32,000 bases of DNA, taken from positions 1,560,001-1,592,000 of the forward strand of contig CP104013.1 in the NCBI GenBank assembly GCA_025839675.1, read 5' to 3'. The position numbers were made by a program, and so were the translations under genes. Below are positions 1 to 9,657 of this stretch, piece by piece (the first letter of the stretch is position 1; each line of letters opens with the position of its first letter). The notes below the pieces were generated by a model. That model made no database searches, was not told the DNA's origin, and worked only from the letters and a program-made list of their open reading frames with translations. The DNA comes from Candidatus Lokiarchaeum ossiferum. Lineage in GTDB: Archaea; Asgardarchaeota; Lokiarchaeia; Sigyniarchaeales; Promethearchaeaceae.

Positions 1-820
1 ATATGGGATATTCATACGGCCATAATCGCCTTTCTAAGGACCAATTTAAAGATAACACATCATTAGATGTGAAGAAAGTATATTTGAACGGGATTTTGCA
101 CCACCAGCTCACAAGACGCGCAAGCTGAAGACTAGTTATAAATTCTCCTGTCGTGGCATTATATATTTGGCCAATAGAACTCGAGGATTGAGCCGCTAAT
201 AAACAGAGATCTGCCATATCTTCAGCATGTATCATATCCAAATAAAGGGATTCGGGTGAAAGTAAATATAGCGGTAGCTGGGAAAGAATACGATGAAAAA
301 AATATGCTTCTTTAAAGGAATAATTATCTGGCCCATAAATATATGTTGGTCGTAAAATGACTACAGGAAATCCAAATTCGTGATAAGCTTTGAGCAAATC
401 TCGTTCACACATCCGCTTTCCTAAGGGATAGGAAGGTTCTGTGTTATTAATCGGTCCAACAGGATCTGTTTCATAAATAGGGTGAGTTATATAACGCTCA
501 ATGTGGTTCAAATCATAAACATCGACTGTACTCACATGAATGAACTTTTTTATTCGCCCTTTTAACATACCAAGGAGTTGCTTACTTTCGGTCCCCTTCC
601 AAGCAATAAAATCGAACACCCAATCAAATTCCTTATCGATTAATACTTGCTGTAAAGCATCCACATGATTGCGATCTAGTTTATGGTGGATCACACCAGA
701 AGGATAAATAAAAGGTTGATTCCCGCGATTGATGACCGTAATAGCATGGCCTGCCGCGTGCAATTTGAGCAGTAATTGTTTCCCACTAAAACGAGATCCC
801 CCAATGATTAAAACTTGCAT
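1..820 (-). CDS. NAD-dependent epimerase/dehydratase (extended SDR); C-terminal end cut by window edge
   Basis: Absent from the ORF track because it runs off the window. Hand translation from the ATG (complement of 818-820) gives MQVLIIGGSRFSGKQLLLKLHAAGHAITVINRG... It has a Rossmann GxxGxxG (GGSRFSG) and a later YPLGK (YxxxK-type) motif. The frame was checked open over 1-120 and 661-820; the middle was only read through once. Confidence 0.75.
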   Translation of the reverse strand, partial: MQVLIIGGSRFSGKQLLLKLHAAGHAITVINRGNQPFIYPSGVIHHKLDRNHVDALQQVLIDKEFDWVFDFIAWKGTESKQLLGMLKGRIKKFIHVSTVDVYDLNHIERYITHPIYETDPVGPINNTEPSYPLGKRMCERDLLKAYHEFGFPVVILRPTYIYGPDNYSFKEAYFFHRILSQLPLYLLSPESLYLDMIHAEDMADLCLLAAQSSSSIGQIYNATTGEFITSLQLARLVSWWCKIPFKYTFFTSNDVLSLNWSLERRLWPYEYPI

Positions 821-885
821 GAGGAAATTAAGGATCGAAAACGTTAAAGATTTCCTTTAGCAAAGAAAAATGACAAAGTAAAATT

Positions 886-1734
886 TTAAATTCGTTTGGC
901 ATAGAGCATATAAACACCCATACGACTCCCGAGATCATCTTCCACGAGATACACTGAAAATCCTTTAGAAGTCAAGAATGACTGCATTTCATGATGAAGA
1001 TTTTTACATCCAACAATATGCGTATGCACTTCCATTGAGATTTGTCGAATTAAGGGCCAATGATCTTCTTGAATTCCCGCGATCACTTCTCGCTCAGCAT
1101 TTTCTGCGTCAATTTTCAGAAGATCAATCCGTTTAATATCATGTTCTTCTATAAAGGAAGAAAGAGTTCGTACATGGCATCGAATTTTTTCACTTTGATA
1201 TAATTTTTTGAGACTTCGATTAACAACCCATTTTCGTAAGAATTTCGGAACAATACGGGCCAAGGGATTCGTTTTTACCACCACATCATTATAATTTTCT
1301 AAATATTTTTTTAATTTAAAGTCCCAATCCACGGGATGGGCTGTAGAATCAGCACACACTTTAGGAAAGTAATAAAATTCAATATCTTTCTCTTCATTGG
1401 AAAGACCAACATTAAAAAGGTGGGTAAAATTAGAATCTGATGTGATATTTGCAGATAACACTTTAAAAATCACAGGTACAGGTTCAAATATATAAATATC
1501 TAGATTTTTAGCGCAATTTTGGACAAACCGGGAGAATAAACCAATATTCCCACCAACATCAAAAATGATATCACCATCTGAGATTGAAATTTCATGCTGC
1601 AAATATTGTTTTTCAACATAAATCTCATTATAAACATACAAAGCGGTTAATTTATCTATATAATATAAGGATTCTCCATTAGGTAGGATTAAGTTGTTCA
1701 TTTCTTTTAACCTAAGATTTCCTTGATTTTTCAA
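886..1734 (-). CDS. FkbM-family SAM-dependent methyltransferase
   Basis: SAM motif I FDVGGNIGLFS and the FkbM-type signature IDLLKIDAENAEREVI. The track start at 1734 is TTG; the first ATG (MNNLILPNG) is at 1701, so the true start may be 1701. Confidence 0.75.
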   Translation of the reverse strand: MKNQGNLRLKEMNNLILPNGESLYYIDKLTALYVYNEIYVEKQYLQHEISISDGDIIFDVGGNIGLFSRFVQNCAKNLDIYIFEPVPVIFKVLSANITSDSNFTHLFNVGLSNEEKDIEFYYFPKVCADSTAHPVDWDFKLKKYLENYNDVVVKTNPLARIVPKFLRKWVVNRSLKKLYQSEKIRCHVRTLSSFIEEHDIKRIDLLKIDAENAEREVIAGIQEDHWPLIRQISMEVHTHIVGCKNLHHEMQSFLTSKGFSVYLVEDDLGSRMGVYMLYAKRI

Positions 1735-1757
1735 AATATAAAGCTATCGATTGAAAT

Positions 1758-2396
1758 TCACTGAAGAGGGGTTATATCAGATTTTTTACTAGGAACCACC
1801 ATGCGATTTGACTTTCTGCGGTTGCATGCTAAGCAAAGTATTTGAATATTATCCACAGTACTTGTTCCACCTCGAGAATAGGGAATAATATGATCATATT
1901 CAATATTTTCTGATGCCCCACAAACTACGCATCGACCTTGATCCCGCTTCCACACACATAGACGAACATAAGCAGGAATATCCCGCCCAGTAGAAATATA
2001 TTCCTTTTGAGATGTCGATTTTGCAAACTTTAGAGCCAAGTGATAAGCTTTTTGTGAAGATATTTTTTGTAAATGAGTTTTTTTCCGTTTCGAAACCCGA
2101 TAGTAGGTTTTTGAAATGTTCCGATGATGCTGACCACGAAATTCAACGATTGAACCTACTAAAGCTGAAAATTCAAATGAAATCCAGTAGGTTTTATGTT
2201 TCGCATCCCAGAGACGAGGTGAATGTTTAATGAAGAAACGTTTGTAAGTTCGAAGCCATGGATCATATACCAAAAATGCTGCATAAGCATGTTTATTTTG
2301 CTTGGGTTGATAGTGTCGATCCGTTTCCAATGAACATACAACCATCGTAATTCCAGATGAACGATGAAAATTTTGAATCCAATTGCGTAACCCCAT
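1758..2396 (-). CDS. HNH (McrA-like) endonuclease with uncharacterised ~140-aa N-terminal region
   Basis: C-terminal beta-beta-alpha-Me motif: VWKRDQGRCVVCG...EYDHIIPYSRGGTSTVDNIQILCLACNRRKSN (CxxC...DH...N...CxxCN). I recognise no motif in the N-terminal part. Confidence 0.8.
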   Translation of the reverse strand: MGLRNWIQNFHRSSGITMVVCSLETDRHYQPKQNKHAYAAFLVYDPWLRTYKRFFIKHSPRLWDAKHKTYWISFEFSALVGSIVEFRGQHHRNISKTYYRVSKRKKTHLQKISSQKAYHLALKFAKSTSQKEYISTGRDIPAYVRLCVWKRDQGRCVVCGASENIEYDHIIPYSRGGTSTVDNIQILCLACNRRKSNRMVVPSKKSDITPLQ

Positions 2397-2552
2397 CTTT
2401 TCTCATATCACCTAGAATTCATTCTATCCATGATTAGATGTTCCGAAAGGTCAATAATTGAACATCAAAAAATTGAAATATTAACCTATACAGTTCTGTG
2501 ATTTTTTAAAATAATTAAATTAATGAAAAAAAGATTTCCCCATGAATTTTAC

Positions 2553-3173
2553 CTATTTCACAGGTAATTTAATTGTGGAACTTATTAACCATAATATAAT
2601 TCCAAATAAATAACCCCATTCCCAAAAAGGCACAATATTTCCAGAAATTTTTGATTGAATAACAAATATTAGGAAACTCATATTAAAAATGAAATAAATT
2701 GCCACTGTAATTACAATTTTCAAGATAGAAGACACTGGTAGTTTTTGAGTTGATAATTTCTGTTGCTTGTAAATTCGAAAACCTTTGATTATCAATATCA
2801 AGTTGATATTTGCCATGAAGAAAATTCCGCCAAATGTAATTCCAGCAAATGTAAAATGGGGTACTTTGAAATCTTTGGGGAAAATTCCAATTAAACTCAA
2901 GGAGATGGAGGAAATAACACCAAATAATGTCGAAATGCCTGAAAGTAAGTAGGAGATGGACTTCATTATTCGAAACAAGTGAATAAAATGGGGTATCATA
3001 GAAATTCCAATGATAATCACTCCTATATTCCATAATTTATGTCCTCGAGGATTTAAAAGAATTGAACCTTGATCGCTGATAGTATTTGTAAAAATAGAAT
3101 AATTTTCTGGAAAGCGTATTTGTGCAAAAGCACATATAACAATCAAAACCCCAATAAGCCCATAAATATACAA
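2553..3173 (-). CDS. Polytopic membrane protein (possibly DUF998-like)
   Basis: Six or so hydrophobic segments. The N-proximal TISDQGS is reminiscent of the DUF998 ISxLG motif, but the family call is weak. The start is TTG, with no upstream in-frame ATG/GTG. Confidence 0.55.
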   Translation of the reverse strand: MYIYGLIGVLIVICAFAQIRFPENYSIFTNTISDQGSILLNPRGHKLWNIGVIIIGISMIPHFIHLFRIMKSISYLLSGISTLFGVISSISLSLIGIFPKDFKVPHFTFAGITFGGIFFMANINLILIIKGFRIYKQQKLSTQKLPVSSILKIVITVAIYFIFNMSFLIFVIQSKISGNIVPFWEWGYLFGIILWLISSTIKLPVK

Positions 3174-3473
3174 CCGATGAATTATGGGTTGGGATTCAAA
3201 TTTGTGAAAAATTTGGTTCCGTGAAAGAAATTCTGCCGATCGAGTATATTCAAAATTCTCTATTTTAATCTCCTCTTTTTAGAAAATAATTTAAATTTAA
3301 ATATATAATACAAAAGAAAGTATTACCATATAAATTTACAGTGATCCAGTCTTTAGCATCAAACAAATCTATTTAATCAAACGAATATTGCTTTCATTTA
3401 AAGAATCGTTTTATCAAATAAGAAATTTAAAAACTTTAAGGCTGGAAAAATCAACTTAACTTGAACAAAACAA

Positions 3474-4358
3474 ATGAAATATGAACTAACAAAAGCTCCT
3501 GTCTTTGGTCGTTATAATGACATACAGTTAGAAGAACTTGATTTCAACTTAATGGTAGAACTTGAAAAAGAATTAGGTAAACCAATTCCCCCCAAGAAGA
3601 AACTCGATTGGAATCTCTACGGATATGTTCATCAAAATAGAAAAATCGAGGAACTGGGCTTATATTTAAAAAAAATTATGCTATTGAATGAAAAAATAGG
3701 TTTGTTGAAAGAGTTAAAATCCTTATGGTTAGAGGAAAACGATATTGAATTGATCCCACCATCTTTTGAAAACCTTCGAAAATTACGGAATTTATCGTTT
3801 AACATGAATAATTTATCAGAATTACCAACTTATTTTCAAAATTTCATAGAATTGGAATCCCTAGAAATTAATCATAACCATCTTTCAACCCTCCCAGACA
3901 TATTTTCGGGCATGAAAAAATTAGTAAAGTTGGACATAAGCCACAATCAATTGGAGACACTCCCAGATTCAGTAGTAAATTTAAAAGGATTAAAGGAATT
4001 TCGACTCAATAACAATATCATCTCTCACCTTCCGGAAGATATTGAACAATTAGAACAACTACAAAAACTTTTTTTGTCATCAAATCGTTTGACAACACTT
4101 CCTTCATCAATCATTCAACTAGCTCATTTGGAAAAATTATATATAGATAAAAATCCAAACTTGCAAGTAACAACGGAACAGTTAGAATGGCTTTCGGAAG
4201 TTGAAGGAAATGGTTGTTTTATTCGATCAGACTTTGAGAGATTAGAACCGAAGCGCTCTATTCAAGTTTTAAAGCCTCATAAAGATTCAGGAATTAAAAT
4301 GAAAGAAATTAAAAAGAAGCGAACATGGCTTCAAAAACTCCTGAAGAAGAAGAAATAG
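3474..4358 (+). CDS. Leucine-rich repeat protein with polybasic C-terminal tail
   Basis: About seven tandem 23-residue LxxLxxLxLxxNxLxxLPxxI repeats (e.g. LRKLRNLSFNMNNLSELPTYFQN, MKKLVKLDISHNQLETLPDSVVN). C-terminal cap TEQLEWLSEVEGNGCFI, then a Lys-rich tail KKKRTWLQKLLKKKK. Confidence 0.85.
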   Translation: MKYELTKAPVFGRYNDIQLEELDFNLMVELEKELGKPIPPKKKLDWNLYGYVHQNRKIEELGLYLKKIMLLNEKIGLLKELKSLWLEENDIELIPPSFENLRKLRNLSFNMNNLSELPTYFQNFIELESLEINHNHLSTLPDIFSGMKKLVKLDISHNQLETLPDSVVNLKGLKEFRLNNNIISHLPEDIEQLEQLQKLFLSSNRLTTLPSSIIQLAHLEKLYIDKNPNLQVTTEQLEWLSEVEGNGCFIRSDFERLEPKRSIQVLKPHKDSGIKMKEIKKKRTWLQKLLKKKK

Positions 4359-4408
4359 TTTTTTCAGGAATTATAGATCTTTTTTAAGATTTCTCATCAT
4401 TAAATTTT

Positions 4409-5704
4409 ATGGTGATAAGTTCAAGTGCAAGATTTCCTAAGCATCCGGATGCATTGAATCAAAAACTTATTAATACGATTATCAAAGTTCCATTTTACAA
4501 TTGCTTTTCTCTTATATTTGTAAGTTTTTTACTTCCACTCACGGCCACCCAAATATTTCACGCAACTGGTATCCAAATTGGTTGGATTATTGCTTCACAA
4601 CTCATTGGATCAGTTGTGATGAATATCAGTCTTATGATGGTACCAAGAAATTGGCAAAAAAAAAACATGATCATTGCTGGTTCCTGGGGAAAAGCAATTT
4701 CCTTATTATCCTTATTTATCGCAATAGTTACTCAATCATTTTTCCTTTTAATTTTGAGTCAAGTTTTTTCTGGTTGTTTTGTGACCTTAATACGCACTCC
4801 GACGGATTTATTGCTAACTGAGAATAGTTCTATAGCAACACGTACCAGAATTTTTGGAAGGAGAATGAAATATAGTGGCTACGGCTGTCTAGTTGGAACT
4901 GGAATTGCTTTTTCTATGTATACACTATTCCAACTTACAGTTGATTCAAATATACTCATTTTTTCTCCCTTAGTCCTTTTTTGTTTTATTTCTTTTTGGG
5001 CAGGTTTGGAATTTTGTTTTCAATTTAATGGACTCCAGAGCCGTAATTCTTCGCAAAATTTAGAGTTAGCCGATTTCGGAGAATCAAACGACACCGAGAT
5101 AAATGAAAAAAAAAAAGGAACGACATCTCGTTATAAACTTGGTTTTGGAGTTTTGGCAGTTACGTTTATTTTTCTTGGATTGAATCAAACGATTTCAAAA
5201 TCATTTATTCAAATGTTGATTTTAAACCAAATTACCACCAATGAATCAATCATTTTTCTCATATACATTCCGTCTCAAATTATTTCGCTTATTTTAGCAC
5301 CTTATTTGGCAGATTTATCAGTGAAAATAAGTCCCTACTTATTAATTTCTGTTTTATGCATCTCTGGATGTGTTTTTACATTGTTATTACTTCAAATTAC
5401 CTCAAGTATAATTTTTACGCTAATTCTAACTACTGATGCTGCCATCGCTTATGCAGGATCAATTATCTTAAAGAATTATATTTCGAAAGCACCAGAAACG
5501 GAAAAATTAGGCAAATTATTTTCATTAATAAATTTAGCAAGTATTATTGGGATGATTTCGGGTCCAATTATAGGAGGTTGGTTGTGGGACACCCAAGATA
5601 TTCAGACACCCTTCATTTATTCGGTAATAATTGAAGGGATATTGATACTCCCTTACTTATTTGCAATCAAATTGATAAATTTACAATCGCCAGGAGTGAA
5701 ATAA
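4409..5704 (+). CDS. MFS-type transporter (about 12 hydrophobic segments)
   Basis: 431 aa made almost entirely of hydrophobic helices with a central polar loop. Late-helix GPIIGGWLWD resembles MFS TM11 motifs; motif A is degenerate. ATG start. Confidence 0.6.
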   Translation: MVISSSARFPKHPDALNQKLINTIIKVPFYNCFSLIFVSFLLPLTATQIFHATGIQIGWIIASQLIGSVVMNISLMMVPRNWQKKNMIIAGSWGKAISLLSLFIAIVTQSFFLLILSQVFSGCFVTLIRTPTDLLLTENSSIATRTRIFGRRMKYSGYGCLVGTGIAFSMYTLFQLTVDSNILIFSPLVLFCFISFWAGLEFCFQFNGLQSRNSSQNLELADFGESNDTEINEKKKGTTSRYKLGFGVLAVTFIFLGLNQTISKSFIQMLILNQITTNESIIFLIYIPSQIISLILAPYLADLSVKISPYLLISVLCISGCVFTLLLLQITSSIIFTLILTTDAAIAYAGSIILKNYISKAPETEKLGKLFSLINLASIIGMISGPIIGGWLWDTQDIQTPFIYSVIIEGILILPYLFAIKLINLQSPGVK

Positions 5705-5737
5705 ATTTCTTCAAAAAGAATAAAACTGCCAGAAGTT

Positions 5738-6088
5738 TTGGAAGAAGTTTGGATCATGACCAGTGATGGAATCCCTCTTTATCACACAAATAAAAATTCT
5801 AAAATTTGCAACGAATTGTTCACAGGTTTCATTTCAGCCATTACCTCTTTTGCTTCAGAGATATTTGTTGAGAAATGCCAATGCATCCAAATGAAATCTT
5901 TCAAATTTACCATTTTATATCATTCGGATCCCAATTTGATTTTCATTTGTCGATCTGATGCTCATGTTTCAGAAATCAAGGTAAAATTTTACCTAAATAT
6001 CCTAAAAAGGAAATTTTTAGCTGATCATCAGTTTGATTTGGAAAATTTCAAAGGGAAAATGGAGCAATTTAATCATCTCGATTTTTGA
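5738..6088 (+). CDS. Small longin/roadblock-like alpha/beta domain protein (uncharacterised)
   Basis: 116 aa. The pattern VWIMTSDGIPLY / ELFTGFISAITSFASEIF / FKFTILYHSDPNLIFICRSD / KFYLNILKRKFL fits a beta-beta-alpha-beta-beta-alpha order. It aligns to the C-terminal domain of the 7954-9522 protein. TTG start at 5738; the first ATG is at 5756. Confidence 0.6.
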   Translation: MEEVWIMTSDGIPLYHTNKNSKICNELFTGFISAITSFASEIFVEKCQCIQMKSFKFTILYHSDPNLIFICRSDAHVSEIKVKFYLNILKRKFLADHQFDLENFKGKMEQFNHLDF

Positions 6089-6091
6089 AGA

Positions 6092-7906
6092 ATGTGTGAG
6101 GGAATATTTTTTACAAACTTCGTCCAATCAAAATTGATGATTAAATTTACCAGAAAACAAATAATGACTTTCACAGCGGGTCCTTTTGGATTTTTATTGG
6201 GAATGGTCCCATTTCTAATAGGATTTTTAACTGGATCTGGAATTGAATTTGATAAAGCAAGAGCCACCAATGAATTTGCCCGAGCACTTCAGGAGAAACA
6301 TCAATTGTATTTTTGGATAACATTTTCTCTATTTCTTATCATTGTAGGTTTGTTTTTGTTTCATTATATCTATAATGTGAAAAAGAACAAATTTAATCCA
6401 GAATCAAAAACTAATCAATTTTTTTCCTATATTCGAATAATCACAGCAATTTGTACAGGATATTTAGTCTATGAATTGGTAATCTACCTTCTTATTAATG
6501 AGATTTACTACCATGGAGCATTTTTGACAATTCCATACTTAATTGGTCTTGGAATTACGCTAGGTGCATGTATACTTGTTTTCACTGACACGAAATTTAT
6601 GGCATTTCTCTATCAGAGCGTATTAAAACAAAAAAAGCAAAATATCTTATATTCGATAAACAAATCACTCAATTATGCAAAATTGGGCAAAAATTGTATC
6701 GTTTTAATTCTAGGGTTAATTTTTATGATCCCTTCCATTTTTCCAATGGTTGGAATTACTCCAAATCCAGATGTACAACCTGAATCAGGATATGGATCCA
6801 CAGATCGTCCTTATTCTGTTTCGAAAATCCGCATTGAAAATAAACTCCCTGCTGATATCGCATCCTATGTGTATCCCGATAATGAGAATTCCAGCTGGTA
6901 TAGTTATATATATTTGCCAAATTTAGCGGAAAAATCCTTGGATGTAGAATCTCAAATCCCTTTGGCGTTTTTCTTGCACGGTTATGGAGGATCGTATCAT
7001 ATGGAGTATGATGCAACTCTCCGCACCCTCGCTTCACGAGGAGTAGCAGTGATTTTTGTGCAATATGCAACGGACCTTAACGTTGAAGTAATCTTAGATA
7101 ATTTAGAAAATGCATCAACCACCAATAGTGCCGATTATTATGTGCGTTATAACATGACTTGGAATGGAATCGAAAATTCTGTAGATGCTCTAGTAGGTAA
7201 TAATACTTTGATCGATCAAGAAGACTTGACCGCGATATTGGGAGAGTCGTACCAGATTGATTTATCTCGCATAATGATTATGGGCCATAGCTATGGGGGC
7301 GGCATGACATTATTTATTGGACCACAAGTGATTAAACAAGGGTGGGCCACAAAGCAACTCATCATTGACTTAGAAGCCCCCTGGTTTGCCAGTAAATGGA
7401 CAACTCATGATATTGGACTCTCAAATTTGCCTAATTATACAATTGTGAATGTCGTCGGATATGAAGATGATGCAACCGCTAGCCCATGCATAGGTATGAG
7501 CCATTTTGAACGTTTTTATTCTCGAGATGATTCAGATCCTCTAAATTCCAGCCAAGTATCGTACCTTTATATCCAATCTGATCGTTATGGATTTCCACGA
7601 CAGATTGCCACCCATTATCTCCCCACAGATGCTTTAATCAACACATTGGCACATTTTGGATATTTTCGTCGGTTGGATGCTATGGCAGGATTTTTAACAG
7701 CCGATGCATATAATCAAACTTCAGTCGCTATAGAAGCTTTAACTTACTTCACAAATGGAGGCACTCATGTGACTTGGATGGGAGATTGGAGCGATGGTAC
7801 CCCAATAAAGCCCATTTTGTATTCGATTGATCCCTATGGAAAAAGAGGAGGTACAAACATCGCCGTCTTAGTATTGGATCCTGACCATGAAGAATGTCAG
7901 GGGTAA
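6092..7906 (+). CDS. Membrane-anchored alpha/beta-hydrolase (lipase/esterase-like)
   Basis: N-terminal ~220 aa has several TM helices. The C-terminal domain has an oxyanion-type FFLHGYGG and the nucleophile elbow IMGHSYGGGM (GxSxG). Several N-x-S/T sequons suggest an extracytoplasmic location. It starts 3 nt after the preceding stop. Confidence 0.8.
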   Translation: MCEGIFFTNFVQSKLMIKFTRKQIMTFTAGPFGFLLGMVPFLIGFLTGSGIEFDKARATNEFARALQEKHQLYFWITFSLFLIIVGLFLFHYIYNVKKNKFNPESKTNQFFSYIRIITAICTGYLVYELVIYLLINEIYYHGAFLTIPYLIGLGITLGACILVFTDTKFMAFLYQSVLKQKKQNILYSINKSLNYAKLGKNCIVLILGLIFMIPSIFPMVGITPNPDVQPESGYGSTDRPYSVSKIRIENKLPADIASYVYPDNENSSWYSYIYLPNLAEKSLDVESQIPLAFFLHGYGGSYHMEYDATLRTLASRGVAVIFVQYATDLNVEVILDNLENASTTNSADYYVRYNMTWNGIENSVDALVGNNTLIDQEDLTAILGESYQIDLSRIMIMGHSYGGGMTLFIGPQVIKQGWATKQLIIDLEAPWFASKWTTHDIGLSNLPNYTIVNVVGYEDDATASPCIGMSHFERFYSRDDSDPLNSSQVSYLYIQSDRYGFPRQIATHYLPTDALINTLAHFGYFRRLDAMAGFLTADAYNQTSVAIEALTYFTNGGTHVTWMGDWSDGTPIKPILYSIDPYGKRGGTNIAVLVLDPDHEECQG

Positions 7907-7916
7907 TTTTTTTTTT
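7907..7916 (+). terminator. Oligo-T tract (T10) immediately after the hydrolase stop
   Basis: taa followed directly by tttttttttt. Archaeal terminators are typically oligo-T runs. Confidence 0.5.
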
Positions 7917-7953
7917 CTAATTCTTACTTCAATTTATTTTTGCACATACTTTT

Positions 7954-9522
7954 TTACCAATAATGCTGGAAATACGCTGAGACAAGGCATGAGGCGCTAT
8001 CAAAGCGCTTAACATTGGAAATTTGCTTTTTTAACAACTCTCCATATTGTTCTTCAAAGGACTCTAAAAATTCTTGCATCTTCCTCCGAATTTTTTTAAT
8101 ATCACTTAAAGCAATAGCCACCACTAAAACATCCCGTCCATCCTCAACTAAAATAGTGAAATCTTCCTGTTTCAAGACTTTCAAGGGCATTTTATTTTGA
8201 GCCACTTCTTTCATGATGGAATTAACTGCCACGATTGCCCCTCCTAATAAATCTTGGCGATTTTCCGTATCCTTAGTATCGTTTTCTGTGAAATCTTGAG
8301 TAAAAATAGTTATTCCAGATTTATACATAATGCTAATGTACTGAAGTGCTCCTTTCCATTCCAACTCACCTTTCGTTGGAAGTGTTTCATTAACTTGGGA
8401 AATCAAGATGGCAGCAATTAAAAACAAGAACAATAGAATTATAATAAAATGGGCGGGTTCAGAAGCCATTTTAGGATGTAATAATTCTCCAACTCCAACG
8501 GCGAGAAGCATTCCAATACCCATAAGAATATATGCAATCGACATACTATCTCGGATAAACTTCTTTAAAGAAATTTCAATGAGTAATAGAGAATTACTGG
8601 TCAAAAACATCGTGATTCCCACCCCCAATATAATCGGAAAGATTGTATAGAGAAATGCCGGATTCGAAGTAAAATATAGTAAAATAAATGCAAAGGCTTG
8701 CATCCCCAATCCAAGAAGCATAACAATCCGTCTGCCGATTGTATCTAACAATATTCCATTTGGTATGGATGAAAGTAAAACGGTAACAAATAAAATAAGC
8801 ATAAATTGAGGATATTTATGAGAAAATTGGCGTGATTCAAGCAACAAAAAAGAAAAATAGAAAGGTAAAGTTAAGAAAAATCCCCAAAATATAGCAATCA
8901 ATATCCGCATTATAGATCCTTCTGCTTGAAAGTAAATTCCAAAATTAACCCGAGATTGAAATGAAGAAGTGGATTGAGTCCGTCCTTTAAGAACCAAAAA
9001 AATGGTAACAAATCCTAAAATAGCAAGAATCAACACGTTCATCCAGTACAATTCGAGTAGGATAAATATATTAAATGCGATGATGAAGAAATTTATTGTT
9101 AAATAGCCCAAAGCATTGGCTCGTCCATTGTATTTTGGATCTGGGAAAGCCACTATCAATTGAGAGAACATCAATCCTGCAAAGGCACTTCCACAAAAAC
9201 CAGAACCAAATAAAGCCAATTCCAATAGTATTGGGGATTCCACCAGTTGTAAAAGGGAAACAAAAATAATATCAAAGATCACTAATAGGATATAACTCAT
9301 AAAGAAATTTAATTTTGAGACCACCAACAATGCAAAAATTCCTCCAATCACACATCCCATATATGCAAATAATACATAATGAAGGGGAAGACCCGCTCGG
9401 AAGCAGGCAAAATACTCAAAGACAAAATGGCTTGCCCAAAGCAAAGCTGCTACGATATTTGCTCCAAAAATAGAAGCCCATTGGCTTTTTGAAAATACTT
9501 TGATTGGTGGGATAATATCCAT
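7954..9522 (-). CDS. MFS-type transporter fused to a C-terminal longin/roadblock-like domain
   Basis: Residues 1-~385 are hydrophobic helices containing the MFS motif-A-like LLDTIGRRIVMLLGLG. Residues ~391-522 (nt 7957-8352) are soluble: ISIMYKSGITIF / DLLGGAIVAVNSIMKEVA / FTILVEDGRDVLVVAIALSD / MQEFLESFEEQYGE. This part aligns with the 5738-6088 protein. Confidence 0.7.
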   Translation of the reverse strand: MDIIPPIKVFSKSQWASIFGANIVAALLWASHFVFEYFACFRAGLPLHYVLFAYMGCVIGGIFALLVVSKLNFFMSYILLVIFDIIFVSLLQLVESPILLELALFGSGFCGSAFAGLMFSQLIVAFPDPKYNGRANALGYLTINFFIIAFNIFILLELYWMNVLILAILGFVTIFLVLKGRTQSTSSFQSRVNFGIYFQAEGSIMRILIAIFWGFFLTLPFYFSFLLLESRQFSHKYPQFMLILFVTVLLSSIPNGILLDTIGRRIVMLLGLGMQAFAFILLYFTSNPAFLYTIFPIILGVGITMFLTSNSLLLIEISLKKFIRDSMSIAYILMGIGMLLAVGVGELLHPKMASEPAHFIIILLFLFLIAAILISQVNETLPTKGELEWKGALQYISIMYKSGITIFTQDFTENDTKDTENRQDLLGGAIVAVNSIMKEVAQNKMPLKVLKQEDFTILVEDGRDVLVVAIALSDIKKIRRKMQEFLESFEEQYGELLKKQISNVKRFDSASCLVSAYFQHYW

Positions 9523-9657
9523 TACATTAAATTTAGGTAATTTCCTATAAAATTGCTATGGTTCCACAAATAATTTAGTTTAATGAGGTCTATATGTATA
9601 TGCCTAATTCACAACATATTTTATTAAAAGGGAAAAATGATTTGGATTTAATATCAG

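Noticed and set aside
886-2396. HNH nuclease plus adjacent methyltransferase as a restriction-modification pair.
   Set aside because: The methyltransferase has FkbM-type motifs, which belong to small-molecule or sugar O-methyltransferases. It lacks DNA MTase motifs (no DPPY/NPPY or PC/ENV), and the next gene is a sugar epimerase.
4364-4400. Minus-strand C-box-like AUGAUGA (4394-4400) and D-box CUGA (4364-4367) in the LRR/MFS spacer, suggesting a C/D box sRNA.
   Set aside because: Only 26 nt separate the boxes, leaving no room for D'/C' and two guides. There is no terminal stem complementarity, and short motifs like these are expected by chance in AT-rich DNA.
4656-5116. A10 (4656-4665) and A11 (5106-5116) homopolymers inside the MFS gene, as possible slippage or phase-variation sites. 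Similar runs occur in infB (15461-15470) and in the K8 tract at 19486-19510.
   Set aside because: All are in frame and encode Lys-rich loops typical of low-GC genomes. Without population or read data there is no evidence of length variation. They are worth remembering only as sequencing-error hotspots.
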